Positions 1-9,351 of a stretch of DNA of 64,000 bases are shown here, piece after piece. A program made the position numbers and the translations under genes. The stretch covers positions 43,906 to 107,905 of the forward strand of contig PALG01000017.1 in assembly GCA_002707025.1 (NCBI GenBank). Reading direction: 5' to 3'. Within the stretch, counting starts at the first letter, position 1; every line of letters begins with the position of its first letter. Under the pieces are notes generated by a model, which was not told the DNA's origin, searched no databases, and was given only the letters and a program-made list of their open reading frames with translations. Origin of the DNA: Flavobacteriaceae bacterium. GTDB taxonomy: Bacteria; Bacteroidota; Bacteroidia; Flavobacteriales; Flavobacteriaceae.

Positions 1-1050
1 AAAGAACTTTTCCGGGTAACGAAACGGGTCACCAAAAACCTAAACAAAGTAATCGATAGAAATTACTATCCGGTTATTGAAGCCCAAAACTCCAATTTCC
101 GCCACCGTCCAGTGGGCTTAGGTGTACAGGGCTTGGCCGATACGTTCATTATGTTGCGGATGCCTTTTACCAGTGACGAAGCCAAGCAGCTCAATCAGGA
201 TATTTTTGAAACCCTTTATTTTGCCGCTGTTTCGGCATCCATGGAAGAGGCCAAAAAAGACGGACCTTATGAAACCTATAATGGTTCCCCGATTTCTGAA
301 GGCTTGTTTCAGCACAATTTATGGAATATTCAGGATGATGAATTAAGTGGCCGTTGGGATTGGGCTAAGTTGCGCAAGGATGTAAAAAAGCATGGGGTGC
401 GTAACTCCTTGTTGGTCGCTCCAATGCCTACTGCGTCTACCTCACAGATATTAGGGAACAATGAAGCGTTTGAACCCTATACCTCTAATATTTATACCCG
501 TAGGGTTCTTTCGGGAGAGTTTATTGTGGTGAACAAGCATTTGTTGGAAGACTTGGTAAGTTTAGACCTGTGGAACGAAGATTTGAAGCAGGAAATTATG
601 CGTGCCAATGGTTCCATTCAGCATATCGAGGAAATTCCGCAGGACTTAAAGGAATTGTACAAAACGGTTTGGGAATTGAGTATGAAAGACATTATCGATA
701 TGGCCCGTCATAGAGGCTATTTTATCGATCAGTCCCAATCCTTGAACTTATTTATGGAAAATGCCAATTATGCCAAACTTACCTCTATGCACTTTTATGG
801 CTGGAAAAGTGGCCTAAAAACAGGAATGTACTATTTACGAACCAAGAGTGCCGTAGACGCTATTAAGTTTACCCTAAACAACGATAAAAAGCAAGAAACT
901 GTGGAAGCAGAAGCGGTGAAGGAAACCAAAGTAGAGGCTGTTTCGGCCGTTTCCGAAAAGCCCCTTACGGCAAAAGAACTTAAAGAGCTGTTGGCGCAAT
1001 CGAAAGAAGCAGCCGATAATGATGAAGATTGCTTAATGTGTGGTTCTTAG
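1..1050 (+). CDS. nrdA: ribonucleoside-diphosphate reductase class Ia alpha subunit, C-terminal part (5' end outside window)
   Basis: Frame 1 is open from base 1 ([10 protein letters not shown]...) into listed ORF 112..1050. Conserved RNR large-subunit block [37 protein letters not shown]-terminal redox tail DEDCLMCGS. Confidence 0.9.
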   Translation, partial: KELFRVTKRVTKNLNKVIDRNYYPVIEAQNSNFRHRPVGLGVQGLADTFIMLRMPFTSDEAKQLNQDIFETLYFAAVSASMEEAKKDGPYETYNGSPISEGLFQHNLWNIQDDELSGRWDWAKLRKDVKKHGVRNSLLVAPMPTASTSQILGNNEAFEPYTSNIYTRRVLSGEFIVVNKHLLEDLVSLDLWNEDLKQEIMRANGSIQHIEEIPQDLKELYKTVWELSMKDIIDMARHRGYFIDQSQSLNLFMENANYAKLTSMHFYGWKSGLKTGMYYLRTKSAVDAIKFTLNNDKKQETVEAEAVKETKVEAVSAVSEKPLTAKELKELLAQSKEAADNDEDCLMCGS

Positions 1051-1065
1051 GTGATATTTTGAGAT

Positions 1066-1097
1066 AAAAAAAGGAGGGCCATGGCCCTCCTTTTTTT
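1066..1097. terminator. bidirectional intrinsic terminator between convergent nrdA and PiT genes
   Basis: Perfect palindrome AAAAAAAGGAGGGCCATGGCCCTCCTTTTTTT: GC-rich stem flanked by an A-run and a T-run. It overlaps the PiT stop codon. Confidence 0.8.
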
Positions 1098-3351
1098 ATG
1101 AGAGAACATCATCTTTCTTTGATTTCGAATATTCAAGATAATATTGTTCCAGTAGGGTGAGGACAGAATCGATAATATCTTTACACTCTAGAAGGATGCT
1201 AAAATAAAGTGTGGTATTTCTTGCACTGGATTTAGGATCTTTAGTACGGGCAATTTGCTTTTCAATTTCTTCGGAAATAAAATCGGTGAGATTTTGTTTT
1301 TCATCTATTATATTGGGAAGGTTCTCCAAGTTACCATCGTCAAACTGGTCTTTTACTTTTTTAAACAAGGAAAGCATTTTATCTTCAATGTCCTTTAAAT
1401 CCCTAATTTGATTGAAACGAAGCCCTTTATGGCCATTCTTTACGTGCTTGTAGCTCGAGTTGCTAATAAAGGTTAAGGATTGAACAATATCCTCTAACGA
1501 ATCTTGTACCATTAAATAAAACCGGCTTGCTCCTTTCGACTCGGTTTCAAGATTTTTGATGTAATAAAACACATGGTTTTTTAACTCATCGAGTTCGTCC
1601 TCCATGTTCTCACCATATTTTCTGGTTTTCTTAAGGGCTTTTAAGTCCTGTTTCGCAAGATTGTCAAAGGTACTGGAAAGCAACTTACTTCCACGCTTCA
1701 TGACAGTGGAAACATTGGTGGAGCTCTCTTCAATGACCCCTCGAACCGAAGAGCTTTCTGCTTTTTTGAATTGCAATTCCTCTTTAAATTCTTTGCTTTT
1801 CTTTTGCCCTTTCAAATAGTTTCTAATAATTGCAAATAACGCAAATGCCAATAGGGCTATAAGGGCAATAAATTCAAATTTATAGATTACTAAAGCTAGG
1901 ACAGCTGCTGCAAGAAAAGCAGTAATTGCTGTCATGAACCACCCAAGGATAACATTAATTACCCCAGCAACTCGATATACGGCACTGTCGCTACCCCAGG
2001 CTCTATCAGCTAAAGAAGTACCCATGGCGACCATAAAAGTGACATAGGTAGTTGAAAGTGGTAGTTTCATTCCTGTGGCTAAAGAGATTAATACACTGGC
2101 AACGACTAAATTTACGGAAGCACGTACCATATCAAACGCAGGAGCATCAGCTTCAAGAATTTTATTTTTGGTAGTTTTGGCAAATCGTTCATCAATCTTT
2201 TCAGAAACTGCATTAGGAATTACGTAGGCGATACCGCGATTGAGGAAAATGACTCCTCTCACCAGGTTTTGGGAAAGCCAATTAGGTTGAAAACGTTCTT
2301 TCACTTCATCTTGACGGGAAAGGTCTACAGAGGTTTTTACCACTCGTTTGGCTTTTTCACTTAACCATAATGTAAGCACCATTATTATTCCTGCAAATAG
2401 CAATAGATAGTATTGTGTGGGTACTTTTTCGGCTAAACTATCCATGGGGAAAAGGGTGGCCTCTACACCAGAAGCAGTCCAATCTTGGTAAGATTGGTAT
2501 GCGGCCATAGGAACCCCAATGAAGTTCACCAAGTCGTTTCCTGCAAAGGCCATAGCCAATGCAAAAGTACCTAGTATGATAATGATCTTGTAGATATTAA
2601 CTTTCAGAAATTGAACCAATAAAAAGGAGAGTAGGGTCCAGATAAGGGCATTAAGGCCAAGGAACTCCCATAAATTTTGATTTGCCCAAGTACTTAATTC
2701 TGAAAACACATTTGCTCCCTTCAGTCCTTTAATGATAATGAAGTAGGCTATCGATGTGGTGGCCAAACCACCAAAAATAGCTGAAATCCAAGCGGCTTTT
2801 CGTTCAAACTTGAATGTTAGTAATAGCCTTGAAATGTATTGGACAATAGCGCCGACTGAAAAAGCAATTACTACGGAAAGTAAAATACCTTGGATAATTT
2901 CGAAAGCCTTATCGGTATTAATATACTTTCCTAAATCCAAGAAAGTATCATTGTTTCCAGAAATTTTGATTAAAGACATACATACCGCTGCACCCAATAA
3001 TTCAAAGACGATGGAAACGGTTGTAGAAGTAGGCAGTCCTAGACTATTAAAGAAGTCTAAAAGAATTATATCGGTAATCATGACCGCCATAAAAATGATC
3101 ATGATTTCATTAAAATAGAATTCGCTGGGAACGAAGATACCCTTTCGGGCCACCTCCATCATACCACTGGAAGTGAGGGCTCCAAAGGCAATTCCAATAC
3201 TTGCAACAATCATGATGGTTTTAAAACTGACTGCTTTGGAACCTATGGCTGAATTTAAGAAGTTTACAGCATCGTTGCTAACCCCAACTACTAAATCAGC
3301 TATTGCTAAAACCGCTAATGCGATGAGCATTAATAGGTAAATGTTTTCCAT
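1096..3351 (-). CDS. inorganic phosphate transporter, PiT family, with hydrophilic helical C-terminal domain
   Basis: 751-aa ORF. Polytopic N-terminal ~540 aa with duplicated PiT-like blocks GVSNDAVNFLNSAIGS and AGNDLVNFIGVPMAAY. C-terminal ~200 aa is charged and helical (PhoU-like appearance). Confidence 0.85.
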   Translation of the reverse strand: MENIYLLMLIALAVLAIADLVVGVSNDAVNFLNSAIGSKAVSFKTIMIVASIGIAFGALTSSGMMEVARKGIFVPSEFYFNEIMIIFMAVMITDIILLDFFNSLGLPTSTTVSIVFELLGAAVCMSLIKISGNNDTFLDLGKYINTDKAFEIIQGILLSVVIAFSVGAIVQYISRLLLTFKFERKAAWISAIFGGLATTSIAYFIIIKGLKGANVFSELSTWANQNLWEFLGLNALIWTLLSFLLVQFLKVNIYKIIIILGTFALAMAFAGNDLVNFIGVPMAAYQSYQDWTASGVEATLFPMDSLAEKVPTQYYLLLFAGIIMVLTLWLSEKAKRVVKTSVDLSRQDEVKERFQPNWLSQNLVRGVIFLNRGIAYVIPNAVSEKIDERFAKTTKNKILEADAPAFDMVRASVNLVVASVLISLATGMKLPLSTTYVTFMVAMGTSLADRAWGSDSAVYRVAGVINVILGWFMTAITAFLAAAVLALVIYKFEFIALIALLAFALFAIIRNYLKGQKKSKEFKEELQFKKAESSSVRGVIEESSTNVSTVMKRGSKLLSSTFDNLAKQDLKALKKTRKYGENMEDELDELKNHVFYYIKNLETESKGASRFYLMVQDSLEDIVQSLTFISNSSYKHVKNGHKGLRFNQIRDLKDIEDKMLSLFKKVKDQFDDGNLENLPNIIDEKQNLTDFISEEIEKQIARTKDPKSSARNTTLYFSILLECKDIIDSVLTLLEQYYLEYSKSKKDDVLS

Positions 3352-3548
3352 TATTTGAGAGATAATCTAAAAGGCAAATTTGAAATTTATTTTTGAAGGA
3401 AGTGTTACTAAATTGTTATGAGTTTTATAGTCCCTTTTAAATATTAAGAGCTTGCATTTTGTTTAAGCACCTATAAATGCTTGTTATTGGTTTATCGTAT
3501 GTTAAATTAAATATTGTAAATAACTATAAAACAAGTGTTTATACTTTT

Positions 3549-3592
3549 AATGTTAATTTAATGTTATGTGAATGTAATTTGAATGTAAATTT
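3549..3592 (+). repeat. four 11-bp-phased AATGTWA repeats in divergent promoter region
   Basis: AATGTTA at 3549 and 3560, AATGTAA at 3571 and 3582, spaced exactly 11 bp, ending just upstream of a TATATTTG box. Confidence 0.8.
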
Positions 3593-3597
3593 TTATT

Positions 3598-3605
3598 TAT
3601 ATTTG
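3598..3605 (+). promoter_or_regulatory. Bacteroidota-type -7 box (TAnnTTTG) for the 3637 gene
   Basis: TATATTTG lies 32 nt upstream of the ATG at 3637. Confidence 0.5.
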
Positions 3606-3636
3606 TAAAGTAATTATTAACTAAAACTGCACTGTT

Positions 3637-3996
3637 ATGAAGAGATTAATTGTTTTAACACTTGTTTGCTTTGTAGGATTAACTGCTTATTCACAGCAAA
3701 AGCAAAATCCAAAATATCAAGTTAAAGGAGATTTAGTGCAAGCCACATTGTTTCACGATAATGGTTTGGTAGCCCAGACTGGGTTCTATACCAAAGACGG
3801 TAAACTGCAAGGAGAATGGAATAGTTTTGATGTAGATGGAAATAAAACTGCCACAGCTTATTACAATGAAGGTAATAAAGTGGGAACTTGGACTTTCTAC
3901 AATGGAAATGAAATGAAGAAAGTTGATTATTCCGATTCAAGAATAGCACAAATTAAAACTTGGAAAGTAACGGATACCCGTGTGGTAAGTTACTAA
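3637..3996 (+). CDS. small secreted MORN-variant repeat (YwqK-like) protein
   Basis: 119 aa with signal peptide MKRLIVLTLVCFVGLTAYSQ. Repeats of the type DGKLQGEWNSFDVDGNK and EGNKVGTWTFYNGNE. Confidence 0.7.
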   Translation: MKRLIVLTLVCFVGLTAYSQQKQNPKYQVKGDLVQATLFHDNGLVAQTGFYTKDGKLQGEWNSFDVDGNKTATAYYNEGNKVGTWTFYNGNEMKKVDYSDSRIAQIKTWKVTDTRVVSY

Positions 3997-4020
3997 TTCG
4001 AGATCGTGTTTAATTTAATA

Positions 4021-4052
4021 AAAAAGAGCTCCACATTGGAGCTCTTTTTTTT
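4021..4052. terminator. bidirectional intrinsic terminator
   Basis: AAAAAGAGCTCCA-CAT-TGGAGCTCTTTTTTTT between convergent genes ending at 3996 and 4083. Confidence 0.8.
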
Positions 4053-4082
4053 GCTAATTCAAGAAAATTTATTTCTGAATAA

Positions 4083-6302
4083 TTATAGTCCGTTGGTCCA
4101 ACCGGCAGCCCATGAAGGCGTTCCAGCTCCATTTCCAGCACCTGCTGTAGGTCCTTCGGTTACAAAGTCTTGGTTAGCACCGGTATAATCGGTAATCATC
4201 CATCCAGCAGCTGGGTTGTCAAACTGCATTGGGTTGATAGAAAGCAGATCGGCTTCAATTCGTACAGCCGCTTCAGCATCGCTAGCACTTACTTTAACTC
4301 CAAGATCTACACTGTCTGTATAGAAATCGGTAATGGTAAATACACCACCACCTTCTTTGAAGTAAAGCGCTCCTTCGGTAACTGGCCCTACTACAGAAAT
4401 ATTGCTTAAAGTAGTGGTAGTTACAGGAGTGGCATTTCCATCATCACCGTTGTTAGATCCTTCGATACCCGCTTTTGCACCGTTTTTGATGTACCAGTAA
4501 GAACCTGTTCCTGTCCAACCATCGGCAAAGTCGATAGAATCGTCACCACTTCCGATAGATACTAAATAGTTTCCAGAAACAGAACCTCCAAAGAATTCAA
4601 TTCCGTCGTCACCACCATTTAGGGATTGAACGTACTCTACAGTGGTACCAGCACCTACTCCAAATAAAGAAAGACCATTAAATTCCTTATCGTTTGAGAA
4701 CGTAGCTCCCGTATATTCTAATCTTAAGTAAGTAATAGAACCAGAGTTGTCATTAGTATTGGTTCCTCCATACTGAAGGTCGGCAACTTCTGAAGTTACA
4801 TTTACCCCTTTGTTGGTAGGAGCATCACCACATACTACCAATCCACCCCAATCACCAGGAGCAGGGGAAGCCGCAGCAGAAGTCATAATTACTGGATTAT
4901 TTTCTTCTCCGTTGATGAAGATTTTACCACCACGCTCTACAGCGATGTAAGCAGCAGTTCCACCGGTTGCTTTAATGGTAGTTCCCGCTGGGATGGTTAG
5001 AGAACCTCCAGAACGTACTACAAAAGCACTGGTTAATTGGTATTCTACGTCGGCGCTTAAAGTAACAACACCGGTTACTTCACCTGCTAGGTTTTCCGTA
5101 CTGGAAGCACCACTGTTGTCAAGACCAATAGTCCATCCAGCAGCCCAATCTGGAGAAGCAGCACCGTTTCCAGCACCTTGGTTTACCCCTTCTGTGTAGA
5201 AAGATTGATTAGCACCGGTATAATCGGTAACCATAAATCCGGCAGGAGTATTTGCAAACTGAATATTGTTAATCACTAGATCACCGTTTTCAATTCTAAC
5301 ACCAGCTTCATTATCGGTTTCACTTACTTTAACTCCTAAATCTACGTTACTAGCATAAAAGTTGGTGATGTTGAAGTTTCCACCACCTTCTTTGTAGTAG
5401 AGGGCACCTTCAGTAACAGGGCCTACTACGGTAATATTTTGAAGGGTTGTAGTGGTTACAGGAGTTGCATTTCCGTTGTCTCCATTGTTAGAACCTTCAA
5501 TACCTGCTTTAGCACCTCCAGAGATGTACCAGTTAGAACCACTTCCAGTCCAACCATCGGCAAAGTCGATAGAGTCATCCCCACTTCCAATAGAAACTAG
5601 GTTGTTTCCAGAGACAGAACCTCCAAAGAATTCGATTCCGTCGTCACCTCCGTTGAAAGACTGTACATACTCGAAAGTAGTACCAGCACCCACACCGAAT
5701 AAGGAAACCCCGTTAAACTCTTTATCGTTGGAGAAAGTAGCTCCGGTATATTCTACTCTTAAGTATTTTACAGAACCAGAGTTGTCGTTTGTGTTAGTAC
5801 CTCCATATTGAAGGTCGGCTACTTCTGAAGTTACATTTACCCCTTTGTTGGTAGGAGCATCCCCACAAATAACCAATCCACCCCAATCTCCAGGAGCAGG
5901 ATTTGCAGCGCTAGAGGTCATTACCACAGGAGCATTTGCCGTTCCGTTGATAAAAATTTGAGCACCTCTTTCTACTGCGATGTAAGCAGCCGTTCCACCG
6001 GTAGCCTTAATTACGGTTCCTGCAGGAATGGTTAAGGTTGCACCTGCTTTTACTACGTAAGAACCTGTAAGTTCGTATTCTACGGTAGCATCAAGTACGG
6101 TAGCTTCAGTTACTTCACCGTTCAATAGGTTAGCAACACAAGGTTCGCAAGCAGAACCTCCACAGTCTACACCGGTTTCATCACCATTTTGAATTCCGTC
6201 GTCACAAGTGGCAACGGTAGTGTTGTCATCGTCGCTCTTACAAGAAACGAAGAATGCCACCGTGGTAAGGGTTAACATTAATGTAAATAGGACTTTTTTC
6301 AT
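4083..6302 (-). CDS. surface lipoprotein of unknown function made of two ~340-aa tandem repeats (beta-helix-like, Gly/Thr/Asn-rich)
   Basis: 739 aa. Lipoprotein signal MKKVLFTLMLTLTTVAFFVSC. Cys-rich module CDDGIQNGDETGVDCGGSACEPC. Residues 60-404 and 405-739 are near-identical. It lies directly downstream of a TonB-dependent receptor. Confidence 0.85.
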   Translation of the reverse strand: MKKVLFTLMLTLTTVAFFVSCKSDDDNTTVATCDDGIQNGDETGVDCGGSACEPCVANLLNGEVTEATVLDATVEYELTGSYVVKAGATLTIPAGTVIKATGGTAAYIAVERGAQIFINGTANAPVVMTSSAANPAPGDWGGLVICGDAPTNKGVNVTSEVADLQYGGTNTNDNSGSVKYLRVEYTGATFSNDKEFNGVSLFGVGAGTTFEYVQSFNGGDDGIEFFGGSVSGNNLVSIGSGDDSIDFADGWTGSGSNWYISGGAKAGIEGSNNGDNGNATPVTTTTLQNITVVGPVTEGALYYKEGGGNFNITNFYASNVDLGVKVSETDNEAGVRIENGDLVINNIQFANTPAGFMVTDYTGANQSFYTEGVNQGAGNGAASPDWAAGWTIGLDNSGASSTENLAGEVTGVVTLSADVEYQLTSAFVVRSGGSLTIPAGTTIKATGGTAAYIAVERGGKIFINGEENNPVIMTSAAASPAPGDWGGLVVCGDAPTNKGVNVTSEVADLQYGGTNTNDNSGSITYLRLEYTGATFSNDKEFNGLSLFGVGAGTTVEYVQSLNGGDDGIEFFGGSVSGNYLVSIGSGDDSIDFADGWTGTGSYWYIKNGAKAGIEGSNNGDDGNATPVTTTTLSNISVVGPVTEGALYFKEGGGVFTITDFYTDSVDLGVKVSASDAEAAVRIEADLLSINPMQFDNPAAGWMITDYTGANQDFVTEGPTAGAGNGAGTPSWAAGWTNGL
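4086..6125 (-). repeat. tandem intragenic duplication, period 1035 bp (copy 1 5091..6125, copy 2 4086..5090)
   Basis: A 41-nt identical run ACTTCTGAAGTTACATTTACCCCTTTGTTGGTAGGAGCATC occurs at 4786..4826 and 5821..5861. The protein copies align colinearly with most positions identical. Confidence 0.9.
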
Positions 6303-6347
6303 TGTTTTAGAATTTAATTTTACGATTAGATTATTGTTTATTAAGAA

Positions 6348-9179
6348 TTAAAATTTATAGGCAAATGATAATTTGATGTTGTATCCTTTTTTGAAAGAAA
6401 GTACATCAACATCTTCTTCTTGTACTCGGTCTCTAATAGGATTGATATCTCCATCTACAGCTTCTTGGAATCTGCTAATAGTTGGGTTTAATAGGTTGTT
6501 GGCCGTTAATCCCATCGAGATATTTTCAGTTAATTGCGCTTTAGCGATAAAGTCTAGGGTTGGAATTCCTTTTTCAATGATATTTCCTTTTCCAAAGCTT
6601 CCTAAAGCAAATATTCTATCTGAAAAATAATTTCCAGCAATAGTTAATTGAAGGTTTTTAAATTCTGAAAAATCAGTGTAGTAGGTTACATCTGCATTCG
6701 CAACAAGGTCTGAAGCTCCAGAGATACCTGTAGTAGAATAGGTAGGGTCGAAGCTTAATCCAGATTCTTCCAACACTTTTTCTCCATCCAATTCTTGATC
6801 GGTAATCATATAAGCCGCATTAAACCCAGCGCTTAAAGTGTTTTTTAAGGTGGTTTCTTCAGTATCTACTTTCTTTTCAAAAAGATTTTTTCTTAGATCC
6901 AGCTCAGCTCCAAAAGCGGTCGCTTGGTCTCCTGTATTGGCCCAACTAATATCATTAGCGGCAGACTGAACCGTAATTTGGTTGATAGGATTTTGGATTA
7001 ATTTTCCGAAAACACCTAAAGCAAGAATTTCATCGTTCTTTGGGAAAAGTTCCCACTTAATATCTGCATTGTAATTAGTTGAAGCTTCCAAGAATGGATT
7101 TCCGAAGTAATCCTGGTTTACCTCTTGGTAAAGGAAAGGAGCTCTTTCTTTGTACTGAGGTAGGGTGTAGGTTTTACTAGCGGCAAACTTGAAGTTTTGC
7201 TTTTCGGTAGGAGAATATTTAAGGGATAATGAGGGAAGTACCTCAAAAGTATCCAATTCGCTTTCCCCTACGGCAATAATCGTATTATAATCTAGGGTTT
7301 GATTGATTTGTTCTCCGCGAACACCTGCCAGCATGCTAAATTTTGGCGAAAAGGCATATTCAAAGTTCAAAAACCCAGCATTGATGGATTGATCCCCTCC
7401 ATAGGTTTGTGGATCTAGGGCATTGGGTAAATCTACTCCCCCTCGGAAGGTTTGTATCACAAACAGTCCTGCATCCAAGTTTTGTTGGTTAAAATAAGCA
7501 TCGACATTGTATGGATCTACTTGTGGTTGGTTCACTCCATTCCCGAAGGCAATACGGAAGTTAAACTGGGTGGCTTCAAAATCAACATTTTTGAATCTGC
7601 CACTATACCCTAAAGTTAGTTTTCCGTTGTAATCTTCATCTTCATTTTTATTGAATTTGAAAGATAGGGCAAAGTTGCCGGCCAATTCTTCTTCTTCCAA
7701 AGTAGAAAAGAACCTGTGGTTACTCGAGGCTGCAGAAACCAGCGCAAAGGATTTTGGCCCTTCTGGATCGTTTTGGTCTTCAGGAACCAAAGTTACCTGT
7801 CTTCTGTTTGGTTCGGTGCTCGCCAAGTAGTTGTAAGAACCACCCCAATCGATTTCAAATTGCTCTCCAAGTTCGTGTTCACCTAATAATTGGTGGGTAA
7901 ATAATTGGGTTCTTTTAAAAACGGCTCTTTGAATAAATCCACCTCCTTGAGCTCCATCGTCAAAGACATCAATAACTCCGTAGAATTCTTTCTGCTCTTC
8001 ACTCGTGGTATTTAAATAAAAACCGTTGTATTGAATTTTTTGATCTCCAATTTTTATACCCGCATTTCCCATTAAGGTTGTATTGGTGTTGTAACTGTAG
8101 TTGAAGTAGTCGAAATCACTTCTAGGCACAGAACTTACTTGAACGCCACCACGGGATACCCCTTCTTGGTATTGGTGTTGATTGCTGTAAGACCCTACTC
8201 CAAAAAGGCTTACTTTGGTATCGTCCCCAATTCGGAAAGACTCCCCTCCTTTAAGGGTAAGCCCAGAGTTGATCGGTAAAACGGTTCTTTGTCGGTCCCA
8301 GCTAGTACTAAAATTATAATTGTTTAACGGATAGGCAGGGTAGTTGATGTCATAAAAGCCACTTCGGTTAGGGCCATCGGTGAGGTAGAAATCATCTACT
8401 CCAATGGCTTCGGTATTGACGCCGGATTCCATTCCAATTTCCATAAAACCAGTTCCTTGGTAATCCCTAGAAGTAATGTCGATATTGGCGCCACCAAAAT
8501 CTCCATAGTTCTGTGGGTTGTAGGTCTTGTCAATTCCAATATTTTCAACAATATCGGTAGAGAAAATTCCCAAATCAATGTTCTTATTTGAAGGATTGTC
8601 TGAAGGTAACGGCAAACCGTTAAGTGTGGTTACGTTATATCGATCTCCCAATCCACGTACAAATACGTTACTGCTTCCTTCTTGTTTGGAAATTCCCGTA
8701 ACCTTTGTAACTGCAGTAGCTACATCCCCTACACCTTTTCGGGAAAGTTCGTCAGCTCCAATAGAAACTTTTTGGGTAATGGATTTCTTTTGTTCCAATA
8801 AAAGGGCTACTTCACTTTCTCTTCGGGTAGTGGTTTTAATCACTACTTCTTCCAAAGCAGCAGCACTGGCTCCCATGGGGACGTTTACGGTAGTAACTTT
8901 GTTGGCTTCTACCGTTACATTGTCTATTTCAACGGTTTCGTAACCTACAAAACTAAAAACTACGGTATAGGTGCCCACAGCCATATTCTCTAGGGCGTAC
9001 AATCCATCAATATCTGATGTTGTCCCCTTAGAAGTTCCTTTAATGATTACATTTGCAAATGCAAGCGGTTCGTCGTTAAAGTCTTTGTCGGTTAATTGAC
9101 CTACGATAGAACCGGTTTCTTGTGCGTATGAATAAGCACTCACGATACCTATTAATACAAAAGTTAAAATTTTTCTCAT
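6348..9179 (-). CDS. TonB-dependent receptor with N-terminal CarboxypepD_reg-like domain
   Basis: Start chosen at MRKILTFVLIGIVSAYSYAQ (signal peptide). CarboxypepD_reg-like GSIVGQLTDKD...ANVIIKGTSKGTTSDIDGLYAL, then a plug-like region, a long beta-barrel and C-terminal ...SFAYKF. Confidence 0.85.
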   Translation of the reverse strand: MRKILTFVLIGIVSAYSYAQETGSIVGQLTDKDFNDEPLAFANVIIKGTSKGTTSDIDGLYALENMAVGTYTVVFSFVGYETVEIDNVTVEANKVTTVNVPMGASAAALEEVVIKTTTRRESEVALLLEQKKSITQKVSIGADELSRKGVGDVATAVTKVTGISKQEGSSNVFVRGLGDRYNVTTLNGLPLPSDNPSNKNIDLGIFSTDIVENIGIDKTYNPQNYGDFGGANIDITSRDYQGTGFMEIGMESGVNTEAIGVDDFYLTDGPNRSGFYDINYPAYPLNNYNFSTSWDRQRTVLPINSGLTLKGGESFRIGDDTKVSLFGVGSYSNQHQYQEGVSRGGVQVSSVPRSDFDYFNYSYNTNTTLMGNAGIKIGDQKIQYNGFYLNTTSEEQKEFYGVIDVFDDGAQGGGFIQRAVFKRTQLFTHQLLGEHELGEQFEIDWGGSYNYLASTEPNRRQVTLVPEDQNDPEGPKSFALVSAASSNHRFFSTLEEEELAGNFALSFKFNKNEDEDYNGKLTLGYSGRFKNVDFEATQFNFRIAFGNGVNQPQVDPYNVDAYFNQQNLDAGLFVIQTFRGGVDLPNALDPQTYGGDQSINAGFLNFEYAFSPKFSMLAGVRGEQINQTLDYNTIIAVGESELDTFEVLPSLSLKYSPTEKQNFKFAASKTYTLPQYKERAPFLYQEVNQDYFGNPFLEASTNYNADIKWELFPKNDEILALGVFGKLIQNPINQITVQSAANDISWANTGDQATAFGAELDLRKNLFEKKVDTEETTLKNTLSAGFNAAYMITDQELDGEKVLEESGLSFDPTYSTTGISGASDLVANADVTYYTDFSEFKNLQLTIAGNYFSDRIFALGSFGKGNIIEKGIPTLDFIAKAQLTENISMGLTANNLLNPTISRFQEAVDGDINPIRDRVQEEDVDVLSFKKGYNIKLSFAYKF

Positions 9180-9351
9180 TTTTTCTATTAAAATCACGCT
9201 GCAAAGATGCGGGTACAATGTAAAGATGTTGTTAAGCCCGAATTATGATTAAGTGAAGTCAACGTTACATTAATGTTAAGGGGTCTTTTTCAAATTTTTC
9301 TTTTCAAAGTTTTTGAAAATAGTATCTTGTAGGCTTATAAATTTGTTGTGT

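Noticed and set aside
4170-5811. Plus-strand ORFs 4170..4409, 4975..5199 and 5452..5811 opposite the duplicated lipoprotein gene.
   Set aside because: They are Pro/Ser/Thr-rich mirror frames of a Gly/Thr/Asn-rich gene. Their recurrence is explained by the 1035-bp duplication, not by independent coding.
9180-9218. N-terminal extensions proposed by the ORF track for several genes (starts at 9218, 9313, 15383, 25115, 25701, 25788, 27369, 34909, 49721, 58956).
   Set aside because: In each case an internal ATG yields a canonical signal peptide or family N-terminus. The extension is either non-ATG-initiated, overlaps the neighbouring gene, or adds residues atypical for the family. The trimmed coordinates remain inferences.
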